From the NCBI GenBank assembly GCA_036667955.1, contig JAVWTB010000011.1, positions 85,045-149,044 on the forward strand: a DNA stretch of 64,000 nucleotides, given 5' to 3'. Below, in pieces: positions 36,221 to 46,746 of this stretch. Below the pieces are notes generated by a model. It ran no database searches. It was not told the DNA's origin and saw only the letters and a program-made list of their open reading frames with translations. Made by a program: the position numbers and the translations under genes. The first letter of the stretch is position 1. Each line of letters begins with the position of its first letter. This DNA is from Comamonas sp. Lineage in GTDB: Bacteria > Pseudomonadota > Gammaproteobacteria > Burkholderiales > Burkholderiaceae_C.

Positions 36221-36856
36221 ATGAAAATCGTTCTTGCTTCCAACAACCAGGGCAAACTTGCCGAGCTGCAGGCCCTGTTTGCGCCCCTGGGCGTGCAGTT
36301 GCTGCCCCAGGGCACGTTGATGGAGGGCGAGGCGCCCGAGCCTTACGCTACCTTTTTGGAGAACGCGCTGACCAAGGCCCGGTTTGCGTCGGAGCGCACC
36401 GGCCTGCCCGCCATTGCCGACGATGCCGGCCTATGCGTGGCGGCGTTTGGCGGCCTGCCGGGCGTTGATACCGCCTACTACTGCACGCAGTTTGGCTACG
36501 AGAAAAGCGATGCCAACAATGTGCGCGCCTTGCTGGAGCAAATGGCCGGTGTGACCGACCGCCGTGCGGCCATGGTCAGCACCTTGGTGGCGGTGCGCCA
36601 TCCCAAAGACCCGGAGCCGCTGGTCGCCGTCGGCCGCGTAGCCGCAGAAATTACGACCGAGCCTCTGGGCGACGGGGGCTTTGGCTTTGATCCGGTGCTG
36701 CTGATCCCTGAGCTGGGCATGACCTTTGCGCAGATGGCCACCGAGGTCAAGCATGCGCACAGCCACCGTGGCCGTTCGTCGCGGTTGATGATGGCCTTGC
36801 TCCAGGACAGCTGGTTGTCTGGCGAGGCCCAGGTGGCTGCGGCGGCGAAGGACTGA
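36221..36856 (+). CDS. rdgB: Non-canonical purine NTP pyrophosphatase (dITP/XTP)
   Basis: VLASNNQGK, ENALTKA, ADDAGL, GFGFDP, SHRGR. Confidence 0.96.
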   Translation: MKIVLASNNQGKLAELQALFAPLGVQLLPQGTLMEGEAPEPYATFLENALTKARFASERTGLPAIADDAGLCVAAFGGLPGVDTAYYCTQFGYEKSDANNVRALLEQMAGVTDRRAAMVSTLVAVRHPKDPEPLVAVGRVAAEITTEPLGDGGFGFDPVLLIPELGMTFAQMATEVKHAHSHRGRSSRLMMALLQDSWLSGEAQVAAAAKD

Positions 36857-36857
36857 G

Positions 36858-38099
36858 ATGGCGGTGCATATTCCCTTGCAGTCCGAGCCCAGCACCGAGC
36901 CCGTGGTGCAGCGTGATATCCAGCACTACATGCGCCCGGGTACCTTGCAGCTGCCCAGCCTGCCCCCGCTGTCGCTCTATGTGCACCTGCCCTGGTGCAT
37001 CAAAAAGTGCCCGTACTGCGATTTCAACTCGCACGAAGCGCGGGATGGCCGCCATGCCGTGCCCGAAGAACGCTATATCGATGCGCTGATCGCCGACCTG
37101 GAGCAGGCCCTGCCGCTGATCTGGGGCCGCAGCATCCACAGCATTTTTCTGGGCGGCGGCACGCCCAGCCTGTTCTCGCCCGAGTCGATTGACCGGCTGG
37201 TCTCGGCCATCCGCGCCCGTCTGCGCGTGGAGGCCGGTTGCGAGATCACGATGGAGGCCAATCCCGGCACCTTTGAGAAGGACCGCTTCCGGGCTTTCCG
37301 GGGCGCAGGCATCACCCGCTTGTCGATTGGCGTGCAGAGCTTTGATGACCGCTTTCTGGAGGCCATCGGCCGGGTGCACAACGGCGCGCAGGCCTTGGCG
37401 GCTGTCGAAGAGGCCGCGGCCAGTTTCGAGACTTTCAACCTCGACCTCATGTATGCCTTGCCCGGCCAGACCGCCCAAGACCTGGCGCGGGACCTGGATA
37501 CGGCGCTGGGCTTTGCGCCGCCGCATATCTCGATCTACCACCTGACCATCGAGCCCAACACCTTTTTTGCCAAGTACCCGCCCGTGGTGCCCGAGGACGA
37601 TGTGGCCTATGCCATGCTCGACCAGATCACCGCGCGCACGGCGCAGGCCGGCATGCAGCGCTACGAGGTCTCGGCCTATGCCAAGCCGGGCCATGCCAGC
37701 GTGCATAACAGCAATTACTGGTTGTTTGGCGACTACCTGGGCATCGGCGCCGGTGCCCACAGCAAGCTGAGCTTTGCCCACCGGGTGGTGCGCCAGGTGC
37801 GCTTGCGCGATCCGGCGCGCTACATGACCCAGGCACTGCAGGGCCATGCGCTGGCGCAGGATGCCGACGTCAAGCGCGCCGATCTGCCCTTCGAGTTCAT
37901 GCTCAACGCCCTGCGCCTGCGCGAGGGCTTTGCACTGCAGGACTACCTGGACCGCACAGGCCTGCCGCTCAGTGCCATCGCCAAGGCCCTGCAGCAGGCC
38001 GAGGCCAAGGGCCTGATCAGCCTGGATTTCCAAAAGGTCACCCCCACAGAGCGGGGTTTTGACTTCCTCAACGACCTGCAGGAGCTGTTTCTGGCCTGA
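36858..38099 (+). CDS. hemW: Radical SAM heme chaperone HemW
   Basis: YVHLPWCIKKCPYCDF, GGGTPS, EITMEANP, GIGAGAHSK; follows rdgB. Confidence 0.95.
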   Translation: MAVHIPLQSEPSTEPVVQRDIQHYMRPGTLQLPSLPPLSLYVHLPWCIKKCPYCDFNSHEARDGRHAVPEERYIDALIADLEQALPLIWGRSIHSIFLGGGTPSLFSPESIDRLVSAIRARLRVEAGCEITMEANPGTFEKDRFRAFRGAGITRLSIGVQSFDDRFLEAIGRVHNGAQALAAVEEAAASFETFNLDLMYALPGQTAQDLARDLDTALGFAPPHISIYHLTIEPNTFFAKYPPVVPEDDVAYAMLDQITARTAQAGMQRYEVSAYAKPGHASVHNSNYWLFGDYLGIGAGAHSKLSFAHRVVRQVRLRDPARYMTQALQGHALAQDADVKRADLPFEFMLNALRLREGFALQDYLDRTGLPLSAIAKALQQAEAKGLISLDFQKVTPTERGFDFLNDLQELFLA

Positions 38100-38277
38100 G
38101 GATGCGCATGCAAGCGCTGCAAGTTTTACCGACTAGTCAATGTGTGGACTGTGCAGCGCCTACGCAGAGCGTATAGATATCGCGCACAATACGCCCCGCT
38201 GCTGATCGCCGATGCCGCCCACTGTGCGGCATTTTTTGCGACCAGGGCAGTCATAAAACCTACTACAAAGCGCCTCC

Positions 38278-39531
38278 ATGTCTTCTCCCGCTGCTGCGTC
38301 TGCTGCTTCAGGCACCGCCTCTACCTCCTCTGATATCGTCAACCGCTATGGCTGGAAGGCCTTGGCTGGTTCGGCCGTGGGCTATGCCATGGATGGCTTT
38401 GACCTGCTGATCCTGGGTTTCATGCTCAGCGCCATTCGCGAGGACCTGGGGCTGACCGCAGCCCAGGCCGGCTCCCTGGTCACCTGGACCTTGATCGGTG
38501 CCGTTGTGGGCGGGGTGGTGTTTGGCATGCTCAGCGACCGTTATGGCCGCATCCGCGTGCTGACCTGGACCATTGTGCTGTTTGCGGTGTTCACCGGGCT
38601 GTGCGCGTTTGCGCAGGGCTATTGGGATTTGCTGATCTACCGCACCATTGCAGGCATTGGCCTGGGGGGCGAATTTGGCATTGGCATGGCGCTGGCGGCC
38701 GAGGCCTGGCCCGCACGCTACCGCGCCCGTGTCTCGTCCTATGTGGCATTGGGCTGGCAGGTGGGGGTGTTGGGCGCCGCCTTGCTCACGCCCTTGTTGC
38801 TGCCCTATATCGGCTGGCGCGGCATGTTCCTGGTGGGCGTGATCCCCGCCTTTGTCGCCTGGTTCATTCGCAACCGCCTGCATGAGCCCGAGGTGTTTGT
38901 GCGCAGCCAAGAGAAAAAGCAGTCGGTGCTGCAGTGCTTCAAATTGCTGGTCAAGGACCGCGCCACCACCCGCATCAGCGTCGGTATTGCCGTGCTCACC
39001 TCGGTACAGAACTTTGGCTACTACGGCATCATGATCTGGATGCCCGCGTTTCTGGCCAACAAGCTGGGATTCAACCTGACCAAGTCTGCGCTGTGGACCG
39101 CTGTGACCATCCTGGGCATGATGGCCGGCATCTGGATCTTTGGCCAGCTGGCCGACCGGATTGGCCGCAAGCCGAGTTTCCTGCTGTTCCAGGCGGGCGC
39201 GGCCGCCATGGTGCTGTTCTATTCCCAGCTCAACGACCCGATCACCATGCTCTGGGCTGGCGCGCTGATGGGCATGTTCGTCAACGGCATGATGGGCGGC
39301 TTTGGCGCGCTGATGAGCGAGGCCTACCCGACCGAGGCGCGTGCCACGGCGCAGAACGTACTGTTCAACATTGGCCGCGCTGTGGGCGGTGCCGGCCCGG
39401 TGGTGATCGGCGCCATCGCCGCCCAGTACTCGTTCCAGATGGCCATTGGCCTGCTGGCGGCCATCTATGTGCTCGATGCCTTGGCGACGCTGTGGCTGAT
39501 ACCGGAGCTCAAAGGCAAAGAACTGGACTAG
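38278..39531 (+). CDS. MFS transporter (aromatic acid/niacin-type subfamily)
   Basis: AMDGFD, GMLSDRYGRIR, GIGLGGE, EAYPTEARATA. Confidence 0.92.
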   Translation: MSSPAAASAASGTASTSSDIVNRYGWKALAGSAVGYAMDGFDLLILGFMLSAIREDLGLTAAQAGSLVTWTLIGAVVGGVVFGMLSDRYGRIRVLTWTIVLFAVFTGLCAFAQGYWDLLIYRTIAGIGLGGEFGIGMALAAEAWPARYRARVSSYVALGWQVGVLGAALLTPLLLPYIGWRGMFLVGVIPAFVAWFIRNRLHEPEVFVRSQEKKQSVLQCFKLLVKDRATTRISVGIAVLTSVQNFGYYGIMIWMPAFLANKLGFNLTKSALWTAVTILGMMAGIWIFGQLADRIGRKPSFLLFQAGAAAMVLFYSQLNDPITMLWAGALMGMFVNGMMGGFGALMSEAYPTEARATAQNVLFNIGRAVGGAGPVVIGAIAAQYSFQMAIGLLAAIYVLDALATLWLIPELKGKELD

Positions 39532-41885
39532 GCCGCTTGCGCTGCCAGACTGGTGGGCGCGACGGATGCCTTGGGCAAGTGCAGGCTAAAGCAGGAACCC
39601 TCGTTGACCGCGCTGGTCACCGTGACAAAGCCCTGGTGCCGTTGCACCACGGTGTGTACAAAGCTCAGGCCCAGGCCGATGCCGGATATCTGCGGCTGGC
39701 TGCTTTGGTGGAAGCGGTGAAACGGCTGGAACAGCTGGTCCAGCTGCTCCTGGGTCATGCCAAAGCCATGGTCACGCACCCGCACCAGCCAGTAGTCGCC
39801 GTCATCGGCCATGCTGGCCTCCACCGCCGTGCCGCTGGGGCTGTATTTGATGGCGTTGGTCAGCAGGTTGGTGAAGCAGCGCTGTAGCAAGGAGCGGTCG
39901 CCCAGGCAAGCCATGTCGGTCTCTGCTGCCTCCAGTGCGCCGGGCAGGTAGTGCAGCTGTATTTTTTTCTCCGAGGCCTTGGCCCAGCAGTCGTCCACGG
40001 CTTCTTGCAGCAGCACATCGATGCTGAGCAGCTGGGGCTGCATGGCCTGCGACTGCGCTGAGGCCAGCTGCACAAAGCTCTCGGCCATCTCCAGTGATTG
40101 GTGGGCCAGGCGGTTGATCTTCTGGTGCAGCTCGGCCTCGCTCATCTGGCCAGGGAACTCCTTGTACATCTCCAGCAAGGTGATGATCGAGGCCTGGGGC
40201 GAGCGGAAATCGTGCGAGATAAAGCGCAGTGCCTGGTCGCGCTGCTGCATGGCCTTGTGCAGCTCCGTCAGGTCCACCAGCATCAGCAGCCAGCCGGCGG
40301 GGGCTGGGGCCCGGAAAGCCTCGGCCAACAGCAGCCAGGGGTGTTCGCGGCGGTCCAGGACCTCGCACTCGGCGGGTAGCTCGCGCAGTTGCTCGGCGTT
40401 GGCAAAGGACAGCACCTGCCCCGACTCCTTGATACGCATGCCGCCCAGCGCCGATTGGATGGCGACCAGGCCTTGGCTGGGCAGGCCCAGGTCTTGCAGG
40501 TAACGGCCGGCCGCGGCGTTGTGCAGGCTGACCATGCCCAAGGGGTCCACCACAAAGGTCGGGGAGGGGATCTGGCGCAGGGTATCGCGCACAAAGCCGT
40601 GCATCTGGCGCAAGGTATCGGTGGCGGTCTCCACGGCCTTGATGCGCCGCTCCAGAAAGTCGTCCATCAGCATGCCGTTGCGCTGGGGGGCACTGGTGGT
40701 GTCCAGCGCGGCGCGCAGGTTGTGCATCTCCTGCTGCAAAAACTGGGCGGCGGCACTCAGGCGCCGCCAGCTCCAGATCGGGTAGATCACCAGCAGACCC
40801 ACCAAGGCGGCGCCAGGGGCCAGCTGCAGGCCGGCAAAGCTGCGTAGCGCCAGGCACAGCAGCAGCAGCATGGCGGCCGTGGCGATCTGGGCGATCAAAC
40901 CCGCCATGGGGCCCAGCAGGGCAATGGCCATCAGGGCCAACACGATGGCCCCCAAATTGACAGCCAGGTTGACCGAGGTGGAGAGCGCATGCACATGCTG
41001 GCCAGACAGCTGCGAGTCCAGCGCATGCGCAATCAGCTCCACCCCGGCGATATGGCGTGAGGCGGGGCGGGCGGGGCTGGCGAAATAGTCCCCCAGGCCT
41101 GAGGCCGTGGCTCCGAGCAGCACATATTTGCCACGGAAGGCATCGGGAGGCACGCGGTTGGCCAGCACGTCTTCTGCGGAGTACAAGACATAGGGCCGGT
41201 CGCCCCGGGCAAAGTTGAAAATCTCGGGCGAGCGCTGCTCCCATTGATCCCCTGCCTCGGGCGGGTGGGTGCCTTGGCACAGGGGGTGGCTCTGGCCGCT
41301 GGCGCAGAGCATGGCAATGCTGAAATGCGGCCAGGGGCCGGTGTTCTCGCCTTGCGCGCCGAAGTAACGGCGTATCACGCCATCGTCGTCAACGGTGACA
41401 TTCACATGGCCCAATTGCCGCGCCGCGCTGCGCAGCATGGGCAAGGGCAACTCTGCACCAATGTCCACATTGGCCATGCGCCAGTCCACGGGCAGCACCA
41501 CGTTGCCTGCCTGGGCAATAGCTTGGGCCAGCTGTGCATCGTCTTGCGGCCGCTGCCAGTCGGGCTCGCTGAACAGCACATCCACCCCCAGGGCCTTGGG
41601 CTGCTGGGCGGCAATGCGCGCTATCAGCTGTGCATGCACGGCGCGGCTCCAGGGCCAACGTCCCAGGCTTTGCAAGCTGGCATCGTCGATGGCCACAATA
41701 ACAATGTCATCGCGCGGCTGTGGCGCGCTGAGCCAGCCCGTTATGTCCTGCACAAAGGTGTTGATGACGCGGGGTTGGTGGCGCAGGCTGGCCCAAGCCA
41801 CCAGGCCCAGCAACAGCGCCGCCAGCGCCAGCCATTCCAGCCAGCGCAGCTGGGTTCGGCTCAGCGGCAAGGAAGGGGCTGCCAT
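39528..41885 (-). CDS. CHASE2-PAS-like sensor histidine kinase
   Basis: IVIVAIDDASL..GRWPWSR, DDDGVIRR, GVELIAH (CHASE2); 3 TM; SHDFRSP; NLLTNAIKYS; GIGLGL. Confidence 0.93.
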   Translation of the reverse strand: MAAPSLPLSRTQLRWLEWLALAALLLGLVAWASLRHQPRVINTFVQDITGWLSAPQPRDDIVIVAIDDASLQSLGRWPWSRAVHAQLIARIAAQQPKALGVDVLFSEPDWQRPQDDAQLAQAIAQAGNVVLPVDWRMANVDIGAELPLPMLRSAARQLGHVNVTVDDDGVIRRYFGAQGENTGPWPHFSIAMLCASGQSHPLCQGTHPPEAGDQWEQRSPEIFNFARGDRPYVLYSAEDVLANRVPPDAFRGKYVLLGATASGLGDYFASPARPASRHIAGVELIAHALDSQLSGQHVHALSTSVNLAVNLGAIVLALMAIALLGPMAGLIAQIATAAMLLLLCLALRSFAGLQLAPGAALVGLLVIYPIWSWRRLSAAAQFLQQEMHNLRAALDTTSAPQRNGMLMDDFLERRIKAVETATDTLRQMHGFVRDTLRQIPSPTFVVDPLGMVSLHNAAAGRYLQDLGLPSQGLVAIQSALGGMRIKESGQVLSFANAEQLRELPAECEVLDRREHPWLLLAEAFRAPAPAGWLLMLVDLTELHKAMQQRDQALRFISHDFRSPQASIITLLEMYKEFPGQMSEAELHQKINRLAHQSLEMAESFVQLASAQSQAMQPQLLSIDVLLQEAVDDCWAKASEKKIQLHYLPGALEAAETDMACLGDRSLLQRCFTNLLTNAIKYSPSGTAVEASMADDGDYWLVRVRDHGFGMTQEQLDQLFQPFHRFHQSSQPQISGIGLGLSFVHTVVQRHQGFVTVTSAVNEGSCFSLHLPKASVAPTSLAAQAA

Positions 41886-41947
41886 GGGCTAGTGGATGGG
41901 CGGGGTGTGAACGCGGTCATGCGCGTCTGCCGGGACCGGCACGCCCC

Positions 41948-43651
41948 TTACTTCGGGCTGAGCACCGATTTGCCATCACCGCTCTTGAGCACGCTGCCGG
42001 CGCCAGTCATGATCGCGGGCTCTACCGGCAGCTTGCGCGGGGCAGAGTAGCGGCTCTTGAGGCCCGAAGGGTCCAGCACCTGGATGCGCACATAGTAGTC
42101 GCCGGGCGGCAGGCTGTCCGATGCCCATTGCGGGGTATCGAGTTCATAGCTGCGGGCATCGCTGAAGGCCTCGTCGCTGGCCAGTTGCAGATTGAAGCGC
42201 TGGCCGGCTTCTGCTTGCCAAGACAGCTGCAGCTGGTTGGGATTGTTGGTCTCGGCGGGGCTGAGTGCGTCGGCGCCCAAGGTCGGTGGGTTGCTGCCTG
42301 TATTGAAGGCCTGGGGCTGTGCAAACGGACCTTGGTCCAGGCTGCCATCGGCCAGCTTGCGCACACTGGCCACGCGCCAGAAATAGGAGCCCACACCCAA
42401 GCCAGCTGCGCTGGCATAGCAGTTGTCCACGACACCGCTGTCCTGCAGCGGGTTGGAGAAGTCCTGGCTGGCGGCCACCTGAATGCGGTAGCCTGCAATG
42501 CCCGTACCGCCTTCGGTACAAAGCAGCTCGCCGTCCGACAGGCCGATGAGGCCACCGGGGGCCGGGCTGGCGTAGAGCGGAGGCACCGGCGTGGCCTTGA
42601 CCTTGATGGCCTGTACCGCGGGCATGCCCGGAATTCCCTGGGCGTCGATGGCCCTGGCGCTCATGTAGTAAGTGCCATCTGCAATGGCTTCGAACTTGAA
42701 TGTGGGGCTGGCATGGCTCTCGTGCAGGACCACGCGCGCGAGCTCCGGGTCCAGGGCCAGCACGACACCGTATTTCTGGGCCTGCGGCACTTCGCCCAGC
42801 TGCAAGGTCAGAAAATTGGCGTCCTCAAAGACGGCAGGATTGGCTTGCAGGCTGGGGGCTTGCAGCAATGCCACCGTGGGCCCGACCTGGCCATTGTTGG
42901 CAACAGCAACACCTTGGCCTGCCTTGACGCGCGCCTGTTGCGCCGCCTGGCGGCCCTGGACGTCGACCACCCCCTTGTCAACGGCCGTGATGGCTTTGCC
43001 GGACTCGGAAATACTGACCGAGAACACGGTGCCGCGCACGCTGGTGGTGGCCATCGGGGTCTTGATCTCGAACTTGCGTTTGCGACGCTGCTCCATCACC
43101 GGTGTGACATGCGATTCCAGGCCGCCACGGCTGAGATCCAGCACCGATTGCTGCTCGTCGGTGCGGCTGCTCTTGCGCAATTCGCTCAGCTTGAGCTCGG
43201 AGTTTTCATTGATGCGCACTGAGCTGCCATCGGCAAAGCGCAAGGTCACAAAGCTGCCTGCGGGCACCCGCAGCTCATCACCTTCAGTCAGTTTGGCGCC
43301 GGAGACCACGCCTTGCCAGTCGCTGCCAAGCAGGGGCGAGCGCGCCTGCGCGATGCCTTTGACATGGCTGATGGTCACGTCCTGGTAGCCCACCAGGTGT
43401 GCAGGGATGACGATCACCGAGCCAATCGGCAGGCGCAGCGGATTCTTGACCCCATTGAGTGTTCCGACCGCTTGCCACTGCTGCGGATCCCGGAGGTAGC
43501 GTTTGGCCACTGCCTCCAAGGTGTCTCCGCTTTGCACGGTGTGGCGGATATCGGGCAACTGGTCTGCCGATGCCGCCAGCACCAGGCCCGGGGCGGCCAC
43601 GCCAATGGCCAGCACGATGGCAGTAGTAAACGGCAGACGCGAACGAAACAC
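41948..43651 (-). CDS. Periplasmic LysM-FecR domain protein with C-terminal Fn3-like modules
   Basis: GTG 43651 after AGGAGA; signal peptide; HTVQSGDTL (LysM); LRFADGSSVRINENSEL...TPMATTSVRGTVFSV (FecR). Confidence 0.88.
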   Translation of the reverse strand: MFRSRLPFTTAIVLAIGVAAPGLVLAASADQLPDIRHTVQSGDTLEAVAKRYLRDPQQWQAVGTLNGVKNPLRLPIGSVIVIPAHLVGYQDVTISHVKGIAQARSPLLGSDWQGVVSGAKLTEGDELRVPAGSFVTLRFADGSSVRINENSELKLSELRKSSRTDEQQSVLDLSRGGLESHVTPVMEQRRKRKFEIKTPMATTSVRGTVFSVSISESGKAITAVDKGVVDVQGRQAAQQARVKAGQGVAVANNGQVGPTVALLQAPSLQANPAVFEDANFLTLQLGEVPQAQKYGVVLALDPELARVVLHESHASPTFKFEAIADGTYYMSARAIDAQGIPGMPAVQAIKVKATPVPPLYASPAPGGLIGLSDGELLCTEGGTGIAGYRIQVAASQDFSNPLQDSGVVDNCYASAAGLGVGSYFWRVASVRKLADGSLDQGPFAQPQAFNTGSNPPTLGADALSPAETNNPNQLQLSWQAEAGQRFNLQLASDEAFSDARSYELDTPQWASDSLPPGDYYVRIQVLDPSGLKSRYSAPRKLPVEPAIMTGAGSVLKSGDGKSVLSPK

Positions 43652-43771
43652 TATGAGTCTCCTTGCAGCCAGGCGTTGACGCCGGGCGCTATGGGTGAAT
43701 GCTGCCGAGCAAATACGGCCAACACGTGTTGCGTGTTGGCCGTATACCGGGCTGCGCAAAATGGCAGGGGC

Positions 43772-44479
43772 CTATTCGGGCAGCGTCTCGGACAAAGGTT
43801 TGACGGCCTCGAACCGGTAGCCGACCCCGTACACGGCGGTGATGATGAAACCGTTTTCCGGTCGCAGATCCAGCAGTGTACGCAAGCGCGATACATGGGT
43901 GTCCAGCGAGCGCGAGATGACATCCGAGTTCTGGCCCCAGATGATTTCGCGCAAATGGTCGCGAGACAGCAGGCGGCCCATGTTCTGAAACAGGAACAGG
44001 GCCAGGTCGTACTCGCGGTTTTTCAATTCCACCAGCTTGCCATCCACTTCAAGTGCCCGGGCATCCGAGAGGAACTTGTAGCGGCCAAACTCCAGCGTGC
44101 CTTTGGTGGCTGCCGGATAGGCGCGGCGCAGCAGGGCGCGTACACGCGCCACCAGTTCAGCCACACGCAAGGGCTTGATCATGAAATCATCGGCCCCCGA
44201 CTCCAGGCCTTCGACAATATCTGCCTCGCCATGGCGGCTGGTGATAAACAGCACCGGCAGTTCCTGGTTGACGTTTTCACGTATCCAGCGCACTACCTGC
44301 GGACCGGTGGTGTCTGGCAATTGCCAGTCCAGGATCAGCAGGTCATAGGTCTCCCGGCGCATATCTTTTATCAGAGAGGCGCCAGAAGAATGGGTTGTAC
44401 AGGCGTGGCCCTCTGCCTCCATTGTTTTGGAGAGCATGTCCAACACCACTAGATCATCATCCAGTGCCACAATTCTCAT
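43772..44479 (-). CDS. OmpR-family response regulator
   Basis: LDDD, ILDWQLP, DDFMIKP, winged helix SRSLDTHVSRLR...VYGVGYRFE. Confidence 0.95.
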   Translation of the reverse strand: MRIVALDDDLVVLDMLSKTMEAEGHACTTHSSGASLIKDMRRETYDLLILDWQLPDTTGPQVVRWIRENVNQELPVLFITSRHGEADIVEGLESGADDFMIKPLRVAELVARVRALLRRAYPAATKGTLEFGRYKFLSDARALEVDGKLVELKNREYDLALFLFQNMGRLLSRDHLREIIWGQNSDVISRSLDTHVSRLRTLLDLRPENGFIITAVYGVGYRFEAVKPLSETLPE

Positions 44480-44636
44480 AAGTGCTCACTCCCACAAATC
44501 TCGATAGTCTGCTTTTATTTGATAACTCAATAATAAAAGCAAATTGAATCACTGGCTCCACACTGCGTTAAACGGATAAGTTGCCACTTTGGTGACGGCG
44601 TCAACAATTGGTTGCAATTGCAGTATAGGCAGTCTC

Positions 44637-45929
44637 TTAACTCTCGGCTATCTCTTTGAGTGCCAACTGCACATCGGACAGAGAAAAGCTGTGGCCCAGT
44701 TGCAGGTTCGCCATCGCCTGCTGCAGGTCCTCTGGCTGGGCCTGCAAGCGGGCAATCATCGCACCGGCATCCCTGGGTGCATCAAAGCCCTGGCTTTGCA
44801 GCAACACGGCCCCATCGGCAGCCACCAGCTTGAAGTAGAACTTGCCGTCCTTGTCGCGGTACTGCTTGAAGGCGGCACCCGTTTGCTTGGCGGCCGCCTT
44901 GGGGGCAGCGGCCGTGCTGGCGGGCGTCAGTGGCCGTAGACCAACGGCAGCACGTAACTTGTGTAGTAAAGGGCTCGAATATGTACGCGCCTTTTCTGCA
45001 CCTTTAAGCAAAATTGCTTCCACTTCCTGGGGGTGGGTCATCAGGTAGTTGTAGCGCTCGCGCAACGGAGCGAGTTCCCGGTCAATGCATTCGAACAGCA
45101 GGGCCTTTGCATCACCCCAGGCAATGCCTTGGGCATAGGCCTGGCGCAGGGCTGCGGTTTCCTCGGGCGTCGCAAAGGCCTGGTACATCTGGAACAGCGC
45201 CGAGCCTTCCACGTCCTTGGGTTCACCCGGAGCGCGCGAGTCGGTCACGATGCTGCCAATCAGCTTCTTGAGCTGGGCCTGGGTGGAGAACAGCGGGATC
45301 GTGTTGTCGTAGCTCTTGCTCATCTTGCGGCCGTCCAGGCCAGCCAAGGTCGCCACATTGTCATCCACTGCGGCCTCGGGCAGCACAAAATGCTCGCCAT
45401 ACAGGTGGTTGAAGCTGGATGCCATGTCCCGCGCCATCTCGATGTGCTGGATCTGGTCCCGGCCCACCGGTACCTTGTTGGCGTTGAACACCAGAATATC
45501 GGCACCCATCAGCACGGGGTACATGAACAGGCCGGCCGTTACGCCGTCATCGCCGTCCTTGCCGCTTTCGGCATTCTTGTCTTGTGCGGCTTTGTAGGCA
45601 TGGGCGCGGTTGAGCACGCCCTTGCCGGTCACGCAGGTCAGCAGCCAGGTCAACTCGGGAATCTGCGGAATGTCCGACTGGCGGTAGAAGGTGACCTGCT
45701 CGGGGTCCAGGCCTGCTGCTAGCCAGCTGGCGGCAATTTCCAAGGTGGAGCGGTTCACGCGCTCCGGGTCCTGGCACTTGATCAGCGCGTGGTAGTCGGC
45801 GAGGAAGTAGAAGTTCTCGACATCGCCGGCGCGGCTGGCCGCGATGGCCGGGCGCATCATGCCGGCGTAGTTGCCCAGATGGGGCGTCCCAGAAGGGGTG
45901 ATGCCGGTGAGGTAACGGGTTTTGGTCAT
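44637..45929 (-). CDS. trpS: Tryptophan--tRNA ligase with C-terminal DUF1508/YegP-like extension
   Basis: GITPSGTPHLGNY, VPVGRDQIQH, KMSKS; tail FKQYRDKDGKFYFKLVAADG. Confidence 0.97.
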   Translation of the reverse strand: MTKTRYLTGITPSGTPHLGNYAGMMRPAIAASRAGDVENFYFLADYHALIKCQDPERVNRSTLEIAASWLAAGLDPEQVTFYRQSDIPQIPELTWLLTCVTGKGVLNRAHAYKAAQDKNAESGKDGDDGVTAGLFMYPVLMGADILVFNANKVPVGRDQIQHIEMARDMASSFNHLYGEHFVLPEAAVDDNVATLAGLDGRKMSKSYDNTIPLFSTQAQLKKLIGSIVTDSRAPGEPKDVEGSALFQMYQAFATPEETAALRQAYAQGIAWGDAKALLFECIDRELAPLRERYNYLMTHPQEVEAILLKGAEKARTYSSPLLHKLRAAVGLRPLTPASTAAAPKAAAKQTGAAFKQYRDKDGKFYFKLVAADGAVLLQSQGFDAPRDAGAMIARLQAQPEDLQQAMANLQLGHSFSLSDVQLALKEIAES

Positions 45930-45973
45930 AACGGGAAAATCGCAATAAAGACGGTGCGTGCGCTTGCCGGGCA

Positions 45974-46630
45974 TCAGCCCGTGAACGGCAGCAAAATCAG
46001 GTTGATCAGGCTGCGGCCCACGCTGATCAAGGGGGTCATCCAAATGGTGCTGAGCACACCGCTGATGATCAGGCCCATGACAATAAAGAAACCATAGGGC
46101 TCCATCTTGGAGACCGCCACGGCCGGCTTGTAGGGCAGCAGGCCCACCAGCACACGACCACCGTCAAGCGGGGGAAGCGGAAACAGATTGAGGGCCCACA
46201 TCACCAGATTCACCGAGATGCCCGCGTAGCACATCTTGATGAAAAACGGCTCGTGCACACCGGTCACCGCCAACAGCCCCAGCAGCAGCGCCCAGATGAT
46301 GGCCTGCGCGAAATTGGTGAGCGGGCCGGCAAGGGCGACCCAGATCATGTCGCGCTTGGGGTTGCGCAGGTTGCCAAAGTTCACCGGCACCGGCTTGGCA
46401 TAGCCAAACACAAAGGCACCGCTGGTGGCAAAGTACAGCACCAGCGGCATCACGATGGTGCCGATGGGATCGATGTGCTTGAACGGGTTGAGGGTGATGC
46501 GCCCCAGCATATAGGCGGTGTTGTCGCCGTAGTGGCGCGCCACATAGCCATGGGCAGCCTCATGCACCGTGATGGCAAACAACACGGGCAGGGCAAAGAT
46601 CAGAATGTTTTGGATCAGGTCAGGGTTCAC
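45974..46630 (-). CDS. Site-2 protease (M50) family protein
   Basis: HEAAHG, AGPLTN, NLFPLPPLDG. Confidence 0.95.
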   Translation of the reverse strand: MNPDLIQNILIFALPVLFAITVHEAAHGYVARHYGDNTAYMLGRITLNPFKHIDPIGTIVMPLVLYFATSGAFVFGYAKPVPVNFGNLRNPKRDMIWVALAGPLTNFAQAIIWALLLGLLAVTGVHEPFFIKMCYAGISVNLVMWALNLFPLPPLDGGRVLVGLLPYKPAVAVSKMEPYGFFIVMGLIISGVLSTIWMTPLISVGRSLINLILLPFTG

Positions 46631-46746
46631 GGATCGATTGTCGCAAAACTGGAGAAAACCGCGGCCTCAGGGCACGCAAGCGAGCGGCCAAGCCTAACAG
46701 ATTCACCAAGGGCCTCCATCGCGTAGATGGAGGCGGGCGGGGCGCT

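Noticed and set aside
39528-39531. Convergent MFS and CHASE2 kinase genes sharing CTAG stop codons
   Set aside because: A common compact arrangement; no evidence of a function
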